A DNA stretch of 64,000 nt from NCBI GenBank assembly GCA_000442015.1, contig KE561347.1, positions 1-64,000 on the forward strand, written 5' to 3'. This DNA comes from Rozella allomycis CSF55 (lineage: Eukaryota). The translations under genes and the position numbers were made by a program. The stretch's first letter is position 1. Each line of letters starts with the position of its first letter. Positions 25,670-39,090 of the stretch are shown in pieces. Below the pieces are notes generated by a model. That model was not told where the DNA came from. It saw nothing but the letters and a program-made list of their open reading frames with translations, and made no database searches.

Positions 25670-26827
25670 ATGGTACAAGCTTTAGAAAGTGAACGTGACG
25701 TAGTCGATCAGGAAGAAATTGATGAAGTATTAAAGTTATGTGAACTAAACTAGGATATTCAGAGTGTTGATCTCCTTCAATCACAAGGAATAGGCGTTGC
25801 CGACATCAACAAGCTGAAAGCTGTGGGTATTTGTACGCTAAAGGTAAGTTTTAAAGAGCAATGTTAAAGGGTCTCTTGATGACCACCAGAAAAGCTTTAG
25901 GAAAGGTGAAGGGTTTGTCGGAAGCCAAAGTGGACAAACTACTGGAAGCTGCAGCAAAGTTATCTTCGGGAGGATTTATTACAGCAATGGAGTATGCTCA
26001 GCGTAGACAGGCGGTTTTGAAGATTAGCACTGGAAGCAAGGAGCTAGACAAGCTCATTGGAGGTAATTGTTACTATTTAATAATATAGGCGGAATTCAAA
26101 CCATGTCTATAACTGAAGCCTTTGGTGAATTTAGAACAGGAAAGACTCAGCTGTCACATACGCTGTGTGTAACATGCCAAATGCCGGTAGAAGAGGGAGG
26201 GGCCAACAGTAAGGTAGCTCTTATTGACACCGAAAACACTTTGTAATAATGCTCTCTTATTATTTATAGCCGCCCGGATAGGTTGAGGGCGATTGCAACG
26301 AGATTTAATATGGATCCAGAGGAAGTTCTTAACAATGTATTGTATGCCAAAGCATTCAACACTGATCAACAACTTGATTTGATAACAGCTTTAGCTGCTA
26401 AGTTTTCTGAAGAGCCTGGGGCATACAGATTGATTATTATCGATTCAATCATAAATTTGTTCCGCACTGACTTTTCTGGACGCGGAGAGCTTGGTGAGAG
26501 ACAACAAAAGCTAAACACGATGATGAGTAGATTAATGAAAGTAGCAGAGGAATTTAATGTAGCTATTTTTATTACCAATCAGGTAAGCAATGAATAACAT
26601 TTTAGAACTAGATGATGAGTGATCCATCAGGTGGATTGACATTTGTGGCTGATCCAAAGAAACCAGTTGGCGGTCATGTTTTAGCACACGCTAGTACTAC
26701 AAGGTTGTATTTGCGAAAAGGAAGAGATAATCAGCGTGTTGCAAAACTGTATGATAGTCCAGATATGCCAGAAGCAGAGGCAACTTATGCGATCACTGAA
26801 GGCGGTATAGATGATGGCACAGGTTAA
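25670..26827 (+). CDS. DMC1: Meiosis-specific recombinase DMC1, 6 exons
   Basis: [53 protein letters not shown] and [15 protein letters not shown] fit DMC1 rather than RAD51; five introns of 26-29 nt. Confidence 0.92.
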
Positions 26828-26848
26828 AATAAAGTCATTTTTATTCAT

Positions 26849-27764
26849 TTATGAAGAGTTATTATTCCATGGACCCTTGTCGCTTCTATCACAGCCATTA
26901 GCACAAGCACAGGAGCCACCTAATGCAACAGGTAGATGACTTGAGTCTATTTGTTCTAACAACTTCTTTTCATAATCAGACCCAAGGATGTGAATTTTAT
27001 GAACAGTAACTTCATCAAGCATTGGCGTAACTAATTTCCAAACAGAAGAGAAAAGAAATGGTGCATTGATTATAAACATTTTGCCCAAACTTTCAGGATA
27101 GTAGTTTTGTGAAATTTGTGACACTTGTTTAACAAAGCTGTAAACACTCTTAAACTGCATTAATCCGACATCCTTCAAATCTAAAATAGTCGTTGATGTT
27201 TCAATGTATTTTCCAGCTTGCGTTGAACATGCTGGCATGCGACTACGATATGTCTTTTCGTATTGGTAAACATAGTCTTTTATCACTCTGTCGACAGTNG
27301 CCAGCCTGCGTTGAACATGCTGGCATGCGACTACGGTATGTCTTTTCGTATTGGTAAACATAGTCTTTTATCACTCTGTCGACAGTAGTAACTTCCATCA
27401 GTTTCTTTACATTAAGTTTTCCAAAATGCTCAATATAGACTGGTCTTCCTTCTTTATCCACCCCATGATAGTAGCGTGGATACAACTCGTGAACTTTGTC
27501 ATATTCAGTGAATTCAAAAGTTTTCACAATATCATCTACTTGGAATTCTTTTCTCCATTTTTCATAATCAAGAAGCATTTTCAAGGCCTTTGCTAAATCA
27601 AAACGTCTAGCACGAAGGAACCTGCAGAGAAACTGATCAGTGTGACGGGCAGAGTCAAATAGATTTTGTTTTACAAGTTCTTCTTTAAGCTTATTTAAAG
27701 TTTCTGCTTGCTCTGGACTGAGATGACCAACTCTTCCTGTATAGGGCTCTGTGTTTTCGGTCAT
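26849..27764 (-). CDS. SEC14: Sec14 phosphatidylinositol transfer protein
   Basis: GRVGHLSPEQ, RFLRARRFD, YPRYYHGVDKEGRPVYIE, QNYYPESLGKMFIINAP, SDKGPW; n-join duplication at 27299. Confidence 0.95.
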
Positions 27765-27846
27765 ATCAGTTATCGAAATTTCCCTATGTGTCTTTGTCAT
27801 CTTTTTAAAAAAATTAAAATTAACTTTAAAAGAAATATCTACTGTT

Positions 27847-29466
27847 TTATTGGCCTTGAGCTAGCGTAAAACCCTTTTTATCTCCAATCTTGATGAGCAT
27901 CTCCAACGAACAAACACGCAATTTCTTGGACACAGCCTTTGCGACATCACTTAATGACATTTTAATATTGTGCTTACAGCATATTTTCTTCACTAACAAT
28001 CTTGTTTACATCAGTGCATTCAATGCGAGCTCTGTAGTGATTAACACATTCCGTCAAGAGTGATGATGTAGGCCACACTTGCGTACCTCTGTTTGAAAGC
28101 TGTTATAACTAAATGTGTAAACTTACCATTGTTAATTTGTATCCAGAGGGAATCTGCTCTTGGATTATTTTTGCAACTTCATTCGGAGTTTTGCCAACGT
28201 CAAGAAACAAATCGACACCGACTGTTTGTTGGCTTTGAGGTTTAGAAACTCTAACAATATGATCTTTTGGCATTTCAGGCGCAGAATATTTAAAATTAAC
28301 CTGTATTTGAGATTGGGTTAACTTTGGAGGAAATCTCTTAATAATTGCTTCTGTGAATTGAGTGGTGCTCAATGCCACTTGGCCATGCGGTGTTAAATCC
28401 TTGGTTCTTTCGCCAGCCTTTAAACAGTCCACCAAAGCTTGATTAATTAGTTCCGCATGTTCAGCCAAATTCAAATGACGTAGCATCATCAACCCAGACA
28501 AAAGCAATGCTGTTGGGTTGGCAATGTTTTTTCCAGCAATATCTGGGGCTGTTCCATGGACAGCTTCAAAAATAGACACGTGATCGCCAATATTAGACGA
28601 AGGAGCCATACCTAGCCCACCAACAAGCTAATTAGAAATACTCAGATTATTTACCCCAGCGCAAAGGTCAGATAAAATATCACCTTGCAAGTTTGGAAGA
28701 ACAATAATATCAAAAGAATCCGGCCTTGAAACCAGCTTCATGGCAAGATCATCGACAATAGCGTCATCAGCTTTAACAGTTGGATACTCTTTGGCCACCT
28801 GATAAAACGTTTCCAGAAACAGTCCATCAGTGATTTTCATGATATTAGCCTTATGACCGCAAGTCAATCGCTTGGCGTTTCTTGATTTCGCCAACTCAAA
28901 CGCATATCTGTGGACCTGCTCACATCCCGGTCTGGTAATTAATCTTCTACATTGCGCGACATCCTGCATCAACCAAATCAAAAAATCATACCTGTGTCTG
29001 CATATGTTCTATGCCGCCGTAAGTATCTTCGATATTCTCTCTGACCATTGTCAAATTGATATCCAGTCCAGCCTTGGAAAACACAGTATCGACACCCGGA
29101 TAAGTCCTAAACACTCTTTTATTAGCAAAAGTATTCCAAACTTTCCGAGCCGTAACATTGATTGACTTTACACCGCCACCTTTGGGCGTTTCCATTGGTC
29201 TATATTGCGACAATATGCAATTTACCCTTTGAACAAGATTCCCAATTTTTCAACAGTTTTCTGCGCATCGGCCGTCTAATTAGAGAGATGACTTTGTTGT
29301 GTACCATGCCGTTTGATCTACCTGCTAGGTAGACAGATTTGCCCATATCAACATGCCGGTATTCTAGAGGGACGTTGGCGGCCTGGAATATTTTTAGGGC
29401 GGAATTCATTATTTCGGGGCCGATTCCATCGCCTTTGGCTACTGCAATTGGGAGTTTGGTAAGCAT
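27847..29466 (-). CDS. icd: Isocitrate dehydrogenase of the bacterial long type (PRK09222/TIGR02924-like), intron-containing
   Basis: [65 protein letters not shown], plus C-terminal domain [24 protein letters not shown]. Confidence 0.88.
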
Positions 29467-29780
29467 TTGTTGATATGCCGATTGATTATTGGAAATTTCA
29501 GAATATTGGAATTTGAGCGCTATGAGCCTTTGAAACAATTTGGCTAGAATACCACCAATCTATAATAAATCTATCATTTATTTAATAATAAACAATAAAC
29601 ATATCGTTTGTCCTGGATTAGCAAATTCACAGCCTACAAGGAGATCATACTCGCGCCGATAACGCCATTTCCTGGACCACATAATATAATGCCATTCCCG
29701 CTCAAGTTTCATCAATAACAGAGCAGCAATATCAATTTTCAAATAATTTTCCTTTGCAAAGCCACCCACCGCAAACAGGT

Positions 29781-32700
29781 ATGGACAGTATCTGTACGCA
29801 ACTCTGTTCATCAAAGCTAAAAGAGCGCGTGCAAGCGTTAGAAAACCTTGTCCAATACCTCCAAAGCGCACCCAATCATGTGAACATGAGCAGTTCGCAG
29901 GTGCGGTCACTATTAGAATCAGTGATCTCCTTTGCTGGCCAAAAGAGCAGTGTCAAGTATGCGACGAATGTCAAGTTTGCAGTTTTGAGTTTATTGAAGA
30001 TTAGTGTGAAGGGGTTTAAAAAGTGTGTGCGTGGGATTAGCGGTGTGTTTTTGGGGTGGATGCGGGAGGATGTTGGGGCTGTAAATGTGTGTTTGAAGAG
30101 TTTGGTGGAGATTGTGAGGAGGNGAAGTTTGTTATTTTGAGTTTATTGAAGGTTAGTGTGAAGGGGTTTAAAAAGTGTGTGCGTGGGATTAGTGGAGTGT
30201 TTTTGGGGTGGATGCGCGAGGATGTTGGTGCTGTGAATGTGTGTTTGAAGGGTTTGGTGGAGATTGTGAGGAGGAGGGAGGTGCATGGGGTTTTGCGGCA
30301 GTATGGGCTGCATGTGCGGTATTTGGAGGCGACTGTGACTGCGGTGTGTGGATGGGAGTTTCGGGTTGGTGGTGGTGGGTTTGAGGAGGTGGAGGGTGGA
30401 ATTTGTGGGAGGGCTGATATGATGATTGTTGGGGAGATGTTGAATCTGGTGTGTTTCCTTGATACGAGTTTTGTGGCGAGTGAGGTTGATGTGTTGGTGC
30501 GTGTTGTGTTGTGGATGTGTGAGGGTAGTTTGAATTGTCCGGTTGGACTGGCGCAGTGTTTGGAGCATTGCTGGCGGGTGTATGTGGAGGTGCGGGCGGG
30601 GGAGGTTGATGGGGCGTTGGTTGAGCGGGTGGTTGGTGTGGCAAAGAAGTTTGTTGTGGTTGGGAGTACGAGTTGGTATGGATTGCGGATGATTGGCAAG
30701 TGTGTGGGGAGGAGGGGGATGAAGATGTTTGAGTTTGTGAGGCAGGCTGTGAATAGATTTAATTTTTTGAAGACGAGTCCGTTTAAGAGTTCGACAGAGT
30801 TTAAGGAGTGTTTGAGGGGTGGGGGTAGGAGTAAGGAGGAAATGATTAGAATTGAGTTGTTGGAGTTGATGAATTTGATTAGAATGGAAATGATTGAGGA
30901 TAAGAATGATAAGAAGAGGAAGGTTGAAGAAGGAGATTTGTTTGAAGAAGAGGTTAGATTTCATTTGGAGACAACAGAAGATGTTAAATTGATTGTGGAG
31001 TATATTTTCATTTATGGTTGTTCTACAGAGATGAGGAATGAAGTAGCGAGTAAATGTATGAATGAAGAGTTGATTGATTATTTGTATTTAATAAAAAGAG
31101 ATAATGTTGATTACCAGGGACTGTTTAATGTTATCCAAAAGAAGCCATTTGAGGGTCCAATAGAACTAGCGATGGAAAGGATGAATGAGATTTCGTACGC
31201 GATAAGCAAAAAGTTTTTTTCAGTGATGAGATTTGATTATTTGAATTTGAATATAATAAAACTTTATAATTGTTATGCTGAAATGATGAGTGAAAAGGAT
31301 GTTGAGAATTTGAGTGAAATGATTTTGAATTGGACTGAATTTTCGTGTAATGATTTGATTGAGATTAAATTTAACGCAAGAATAATCAAAGGAATTGAAA
31401 AGTGTTTAATACGTAATTACAATAAGATAAGTGATAGTGGGATAACGACTTTTAACTTTAATAAGAATTGTTCTAATGATAACACCACTAATGATAACAA
31501 CATTAATGCTTGTGTGGATTTGATTTTGAATGAATGGATATTGATAGCATTGATTGATAAGATTGAAATGTTTGAATTTATTAAAGAAAGGTTGTCAAAG
31601 AATAGAAATCAAATAAAATTGTTTCATATTAAGAGGATGATTGTTAGAATAACAGAGAATGAGAAATGTAAAAAGTATGTTGAGAATGTGAGGAGAATGA
31701 TTGATAAAGAGACGTTGGATCATTTAGTGAATATATGTGAGTCATTTGAATGGCAGAATGTGAATGAAAATCAAATTAAACATAAAGATTATTTTATTCT
31801 GTTGAATAATTCAAATGAAAGTGATCCATTGCGTTGTTTTATTTGTATGATTGACCCATGTAGATTAGATTTCAATGAAAAAAGTTTAGAATTTTGTAAT
31901 GAAATGTTTAAAAATAGAATGATTGGATATGAAATGTTGATTCAACAAACAGAGAGAATGTTGGAAGTTTATGAAATTAATGATTTTATTTTAGATTGTA
32001 TTTTGATGAATTCTTTTAAAGATGAATTTTATTTAAAGATTGGCGATTGGATTAAAACTTTGGTTAAAAATAAAATAATTTCTGATTTTATTTTATTGAA
32101 ATGTTATGAAAATGGAATAGTTGAAGATTGTGAAGAAATGTTGATTAAATCTACAGATGAAAGAATAAAAATAAAATCAATCTATTCAATCTTTAATAAA
32201 AATAAAAATAAATTAAAAATTATTGAAAAATTAAATGCGTCTATAAAAATATTTCAATCTTTAATTAAAATTGGTTATCTCAATTGTTGTTTTTCTTTCT
32301 TTAAAAGATTTAGTAAATTTAATATCAAAATAGATTGGATTAAAGATGTTTTATTTTCATTGTATTTTCAATTAGAATTAATCAATCAAGGGTTTAAATT
32401 AAAAGATCTAGTAGATCTCAATGATCTAAATGATTTAAATTGGATCAACATTTACATCAACTTATGTATTGAAGGTAGTAGAGATAACAACATGGATTTC
32501 AACTTGAAAAATACTCAATTGAAAGTACAGGATGGAATATTTCTTAATTTGTTACTTTTTCTCTCAAAAGATTCAACAGATAAAGCAATTGCTTCTAGGT
32601 TGGAATGTTTCTTGAAAAAAAATGAATTACTCTTTAATAGTTCATTCATTAATAATAAAAAGGAATTAATTCTCTTGTCATTGTTTAAACTTGTTGATTT

Positions 32701-35700
32701 AGATCACGAAGATTTCCAAATAGATTACAAACCATTCAAGCATATTTTAACATTTAAAATTGATTCAATTTATAAAGTAGCTGATAAACTTTCTTTAACA
32801 AGTGACAATCTATTACTAACAAGAGTTTTAATTCAACTATCAACATTCTACTCTCCTAAATATTATTTGATCTTATTTGAATTAATTAAAAATCAATTTA
32901 AATTGGAAATTGAATTTTTAAATCTTTTTATTTCTTCATTCAAACAAAGATATTCTATTTCAAAGTCAACTAATTCTGCTATGTCAACTATCTCTGAAAT
33001 TTCGTTATTTGATTTTATTCAAAGATTCAATTTTAATGGTTTCTCTAATCTATTTCTTTTAATTCCAAATGATATTCTAATCAAAATGAAAATTAATAAT
33101 AAATTTATTAATCAATTGAAATTAGAATGGAATACTCTAACTTGTAATGAAAAGTCTATTGTTTATCATAAATTATACAATTTAAATGGAACTGGAGAAT
33201 TAATCAATTTTATCATTAATGAAGAATCTTTATCTGAATTACATTTATTTGATTTTAGTTTGGATTTAATGATTTCCTATTTGATTTCAATGGCTATGAA
33301 TAGTGACTGTAAAAAGATTTTAGCTAGTTTGGATTGTTTATCTTTTTTAATACCCTTGTTTGATATTAAATCTAGTGAAAATAAAATGATCAATCTATTC
33401 ATTGGATCCAAAAAGAATATTAATAGTAATAATGATTTACATGGGAATGTTTATTCTATTCAATCTCTTCTTCAATCTAATGCTGATAATTGGGTTTATG
33501 AATTGATTAGAGCTTGTTGCTTTGAAAAGAAGAATGAATTAATGGATTTCATGGGATGTCTTTCCTTTTGTCAATTAGATTACTCCTTTTCTTGTCTCTT
33601 ATTCCCAGCTATTCTAAACAGATTCATTTCTGTATCTTCAAAAACTACTTTAATCCACATTAATACTTTTCTATCGAATATTTCAATAACGTCTATTCAA
33701 GAAGCAAGTCTTCTAGTTCAATACTTGAAATTCAATCACAAATTTCCAATTCAAATCAATTGGCTAAATCTAATTGATTCTTTAATAAACTTTAATGCTA
33801 TTTATGAAGCAATCTATGTCATTGAACTCGCTTTAACTAAACAAAAAGATATTGAATCATTAACACTCTCCTTTTCTATTTCTCCTCTAAATGATTCAAC
33901 CAATTCTCAATTAAAAGAAAGACTAAAAAATTGCTACATGAAAATACCCAACAAGGATTACATTTATTCAGTTCATTTAGAAAACCCACAAGATTTCGTT
34001 TCACTTCTTGACAAACAGGGCTACCATCAACGTGTAATTGAATCTGTCATTCCAAGCAAAAACTATGCGTGTGTTATTTCTTCCTTGTTGAATTCACATC
34101 AGTATGAATTGGCTGAACAGTTTATAAACTCTATTGTTGATAAAGATGTTGAATACGAAACTCATTGGAAATTAAACAAGTGGGATCTGCCTATAAACTA
34201 TTCTTCTCAGAATTCCATCATCTATTCATTCATCAAATCTGGTATTTACATTGTTTTAACTTTATCTAGGTGGCCATGTAGATTGCGGCTTGGTAGATAG
34301 ATCTAGAAAATTTACGTTTGAAGAAATAAGAAACAAGGGTTTTTTGTTGCAATCATTGAAGAGTGGCAAGATGGACAAGGAAATTGAGATTAAATTTTAT
34401 GAGAAGATGTATTTTGATAATCCAAGTGTTGCCAGTAGAACAAAGTTTGTGGATTCAATGATGGGAATGTTGGAAGATGTTTTGAAAATGAAGGATTATG
34501 GGATGTGTTGCAGACTGTTGGATAAATTGAGTTCATTGGAGTTAAAGAATGATTATAAATCTTTAATAAATTTCTATCAGGCAAAGACATTTAGTTTGAT
34601 TGATAAATCGTTTGCTATTCAGTTTCTGAATAAAATTAAAGATGAAAAAATTAAAGATGACAAAATTAAAGATGAAAAAATAAATTTAAAATTTCTGTTA
34701 ATGGAGTTGCTGGTGGATTCAAAGCAAATGCCATTTGAGAAGGTTTATGCAACCCTTGTCAAAGATATTCTGTCGAGTCAAGATGAAATTGTTAAACGGA
34801 ATGATTATTACTTTCTAATTGCTGAATACGCTGAATCTGAGCATCGATCTATCATGTCTTCTGATTCTCTGAAAATGGCGCAAGAAATGTTTAATATCAA
34901 GAAATCACAGTATAATGAAATCTTGTCGCTTAAACGAAACAACGCTGTAATCAAAATGTCAAAGGAGAGTGCAAAGCAAGTGAATATCCATGAACAGAAC
35001 TTCACTAATCAATTGGAGAATGCTGAAAAGTTTAAATTGTTGGCGCTCGATTGTTATCTGAAATCTATTGTTTATTCTGACGTTCATTTAAATGCAGTGT
35101 TTAAACTTGTTGATCTGTGGTTCACTCACTATGCCAGTTCATCTGTCAATTCTATTGTAATGAAATATGTTAATCTTTTGCCGTGCTACAAGTTTATTGC
35201 GTTGAACTATCAGTGCTTTGCTAGACTGGATCCCTCTGAAAAGGAAAACGAATTTCAAGCTGTCCTCTCTACTTTATGCAAAAGAATGACTATTGAACAT
35301 CCATTCCTTTGCATACTTGTATTGATGCTGCTACAAAAGGCTAAAAAGGAGACTGCGTTCAATGAATTCCTCACCCCAGTTCAACAATTGTATTCTGAAT
35401 TTTATAAATTGAGTGACGCATACACGNTCTCTCTACTTTATGTAAAAGAATGACTATTGAACATCCATTCCATTGCATACTTGTACTGATGCTGCTACAA
35501 AAGGCTAAAAAGGAAAATGCGTTCAATGAATTCTTCACCCCTGTTCAGCAATTGTATTCTGAATTCTATAAATTGAGTGATGCTTACACGGAAGTTGCGT
35601 TTCTGCCCGTCAAAATGCAGGATGGCCGGCCAGTAGATCCCAAGCCTTCGTTCAAGCCAAAAGTCAGGTTAACAGCTTTTGAAAATTCAGTGTTGCCAGT

Positions 35701-36851
35701 TCTGACGAGAATTATTCCAGCAAGGCCTGACGGGTGCTACGATGATATTGTGACGATAAAGTCGTTTCAGAAAGAGTACAAGATTATGGGTGGGATCAAT
35801 ATGCCCAAGCAGATTAAATGTATTGGCTCGGATGGAAAGGTTTATGTGCAGTTGGTCAAAGGTAATCTTTTTTTACTNACTGCTTTGTAGGCAATGATGA
35901 TCTCAGGCAGGATGCTGTGATGGAACAGGTGTTCAGGCTAGTCAATATTCTCTTGAAAAGGAATGCTAATTTATCCATCAGAACTTACAAGATTATTCCA
36001 CTGACAGTGCAATGCGGCGTTATCGAGTTCCTTCAGAATGCTAAATGTGTATGGCGGACTATGGCAGAGATGCACAGCCAGTTTTATCCCAACGACTATT
36101 CACTCTCCAAATGCCGTGAAATAATGTCAAATGTAGACGAAAGCAGCCGATTAGCAACCTTTGAAGATGTACTAATGAACCACCATCCAGCGTTCCACCA
36201 CTACTTTAGTAAATTCAATTCATGTTTCGAGTGGTTCAAGTACCGCAAGAATTATACGTGTTCAGTTGCTGTCAATTCTATGGTCGGCATGATTGTTGGG
36301 CTGGGCGACAGACACTGCCAGAACAAGCTGCTGGACAAGGCCACGTTTGAGATTATCGAGATTGACTTGAACCTGATCTTTGAGCAGGGCAAGCTGCTGG
36401 CGGTGCCGGAGGTGGTGCCATTCAGACTGACGCGCAACATGATCACGCCAATGGGCTCGTCGGGCGTTAATGGGCTGTTCAAGCGCAACTGCGAGGCGAC
36501 GCTGGCGTGTCTGCGGGAGCAAAAGGATACAATCATAACGATCCTCAAGGTGTTCAAGCACGATCCGCTGTACCGGTGGACGATCACGTAATTGCTTTTT
36601 GGGTTTGGGATAGGCCGTCGACGATAAAGAAGCTGAAGAGCAGGAACATTGAAACGGATTCCATTTCGGAGAGCGTGTTTGACCAGAATCACGAGGCGAA
36701 CCAGGTCATTCACAGAGTCGCGGAAAAGCTGATGGGTGTGGAGCAGGGGTCTTTGTTGAGTGTGGAGGGGCATGTTAATTATTTGATACAGATTGCGACG
36801 GATAAGGATAGGTTGAGCAGGATGTACCATGGGTGGCAGGCTTGGTTGTAA
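29781..36851 (+). CDS. ATM: PIKK kinase ATM/Tel1
   Basis: N-terminal TAN motif LCSSKLKER, GGINMPK, QLVKG..DDLRQDAVMEQVF, GLGDRH, PEVVPFRLTR, FATC LSVEGHVNYLIQIATD..MYHGWQAWL*; n-joins at 30123, 35427, 35878. Confidence 0.92.
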
Positions 36852-36986
36852 ATAAATTTATTGCATTGTTAATTGGGTTGATACATTGAATATTGATTTC
36901 ATGAATGGACATGAATGGTACATAATTTAATGATATATGTGTGACAATTATATATTTCGTTTTATAATTTAATGTTTATTACATGG

Positions 36987-37707
36987 CTAGAATTTTAAAT
37001 ATATCTTTTTGTTGTCGCCAAAGAAATCGAGCGCTAGGTTGCCGCTTTGTTTTGCGTTTATCTTTACAAACACTCCGTTTAGCTCTCTCATCAACGTAAA
37101 ATTATTATCTGCCTCGTCGATTTCCTTTTGAATTTCAGTTAATTGCTTACTTGTTTCAACTTTTGGATAACGTCAGTTATTTTGTCTGAATCGGAAACCT
37201 TAATTGAGCCCAAAAGATCTCCATTGATGGACATGACTAGAATATCATACATTTGGGATTGCGTTGAGTCGTTCTTTTCAACAGGATTATCACCACTGGG
37301 CCTCAAAACTGCGTCGGAGGGTACTGAAACACTAGCAATTAATTCTGGATAGAGGAGGTAATTCGGTTTAAATTCGTCCTTCTTTTCTACAATCTCGTCG
37401 TCTTTTATTTTTATTCCAAACAATTCTTTGACTTCATTGGAGGCCAAATCGATCGCTGTTTTCCCATCGAAATTTGTTATACTAGGATCTCCTCCGTGAT
37501 CTAGCAAGTACTTAACAATCTTGAAATGACCCCGATGTGCTGACCAGTGCAAAGCAGTCCTAATTTTCACGCAAAATTTTCTCTGTACCATTTGTTCACC
37601 TTGTTTTGCGAGTTGACATCTACACCCGCTTCTATAAATTTTTGTACTGCTTCAAGATTGCCTAAAGCACATGATTCCCGTAACAACTCTTCTCGGTGAT
37701 CAACCAT
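36987..37707 (-). CDS. ANKRD40: Ankyrin repeat protein, ANKRD40-like
   Basis: EELLRESCALGN..GVDVNSQNKVNKW|TALHW..FKPNYLLYPE. Confidence 0.75.
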
Positions 37708-38550
37708 CAAAATTTTGGAATTCTCGCGAAACGAAAGTTCAAAATGCAACAGTGAAAACGTCACATTTTCATCATTCATGTTATGATTTTATAAAGACAT
37801 TGGTAGTAAAAACAATTTTTGAATGTTTCAATAATTGGTCCCACTTGGCGAAGGCCAAATTAAAAAATGCTCAGACTGTCCGATATTTGCAGATTTGGAT
37901 TTGTTTGATTCGCATTTTGGCCTTCGGCTAATACTTTGTAACTTCAGCTCATGTTAGTTAAAACCAATTACTTGAGTTGGACAAAGGATTTGTGGTTAGG
38001 ATGATAATGTAATTCGTTCAAGGCAACCGACTTTTTATTGCTTATTTGTAATATATATGGGTATATCAGAGAACTCGATCAGAAGTCTTAAATGCTTAAA
38101 TGATTTAGATGATTGCGAAAAAATTAGTTAGCCATTTCAGAATACCATGGCGGTATGCACCAAATTGGAAGAAATTATGATTTGCATTTTTATTTTGATT
38201 GATAAGGTAGAGGTACTGCAAGAGGATATGTATGAGTTGATTATCGACTTTCAAAACTATTACAACAATATTTTGCCATTCGAATACTTCTTCATTTATT
38301 GAGACTAAATTCCTTTGTTTTTCCATTCACCGCTAGCATCAATCCCATATCTGTTANTTAATTCTTAAATGATATAGATGAATGTGAAAAATTTAGTTGG
38401 CCGTTTCAGAATACCATGGCGGTATGCACCGAATTGGAAGAAATTATGATTTGCATTGATATTTTGATTGATAAGGTAGAGGTGTTGCAAGAGGATATTT
38501 ATGAGTTAATTATCGACTTTCAAAACTATTACAACAATATTTTGCTTTCT

Positions 38551-39090
38551 TTATTTATTGAGAGCAAATTCCTTTGTTTTTCCATTCACCGCTAGCATCA
38601 ATCCCATATCTGTTATTGAGTCCATTCCCAGAACATTGACATCAGCAAAGTGGGAATGCTCTGGAGACAAATGACACTGAATGGCTCTTTCTTCATCTTG
38701 AATCAGCACATAAAGACTACTTGGAAAATTCTCAACCTTCTTTCCTATCAAGGCTTCCACAGCATCTTTAGACAGAAAGGTGTCAGGCGAGCCAGTGTCA
38801 ACTACGAAAATGATGTTAACAGCAGGTGCTTCCTTTTCTGTCTGCCGGCTACATGCAAGATTTATCATCAAGCGATGGTTTTTCCCAAAGATATGCCCTT
38901 TAACTGGAAAGGTTGATGGAAACACAGCGGGGCTAAGATACTGAACTTCAAGGGCTTGGGATATGTCATTCTTCAGTTCCACCATGCCGACATCTGTCAA
39001 CTGAAAGTCTTGCATATTTGGCTTGATATATCCTGGAGGATCGTGAAGTAAATCCTCGCTTGTTGATGGGGAGATTTTGTTTGATGACAT
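38551..39090 (-). CDS. Single-domain clan AA (retropepsin-like) aspartic protease; may have an upstream exon
   Basis: IIFVVDTGSPDTFLS catalytic motif and VNVLGMD C-terminal motif. Confidence 0.7.
   Translation of the reverse strand: MSSNKISPSTSEDLLHDPPGYIKPNMQDFQLTDVGMVELKNDISQALEVQYLSPAVFPSTFPVKGHIFGKNHRLMINLACSRQTEKEAPAVNIIFVVDTGSPDTFLSKDAVEALIGKKVENFPSSLYVLIQDEERAIQCHLSPEHSHFADVNVLGMDSITDMGLMLAVNGKTKEFALNK

Noticed and set aside
30037-30964. Three overlapping P/H/T/Q-rich minus-strand ORFs
   Set aside because: Shadow ORFs caused by the G/T skew of the ATM coding strand
10107-36851. DNA repair/meiosis gene cluster (FANCJ, DMC1, ATM)
   Set aside because: Interspersed with many unrelated genes; plausible by chance in a compact genome
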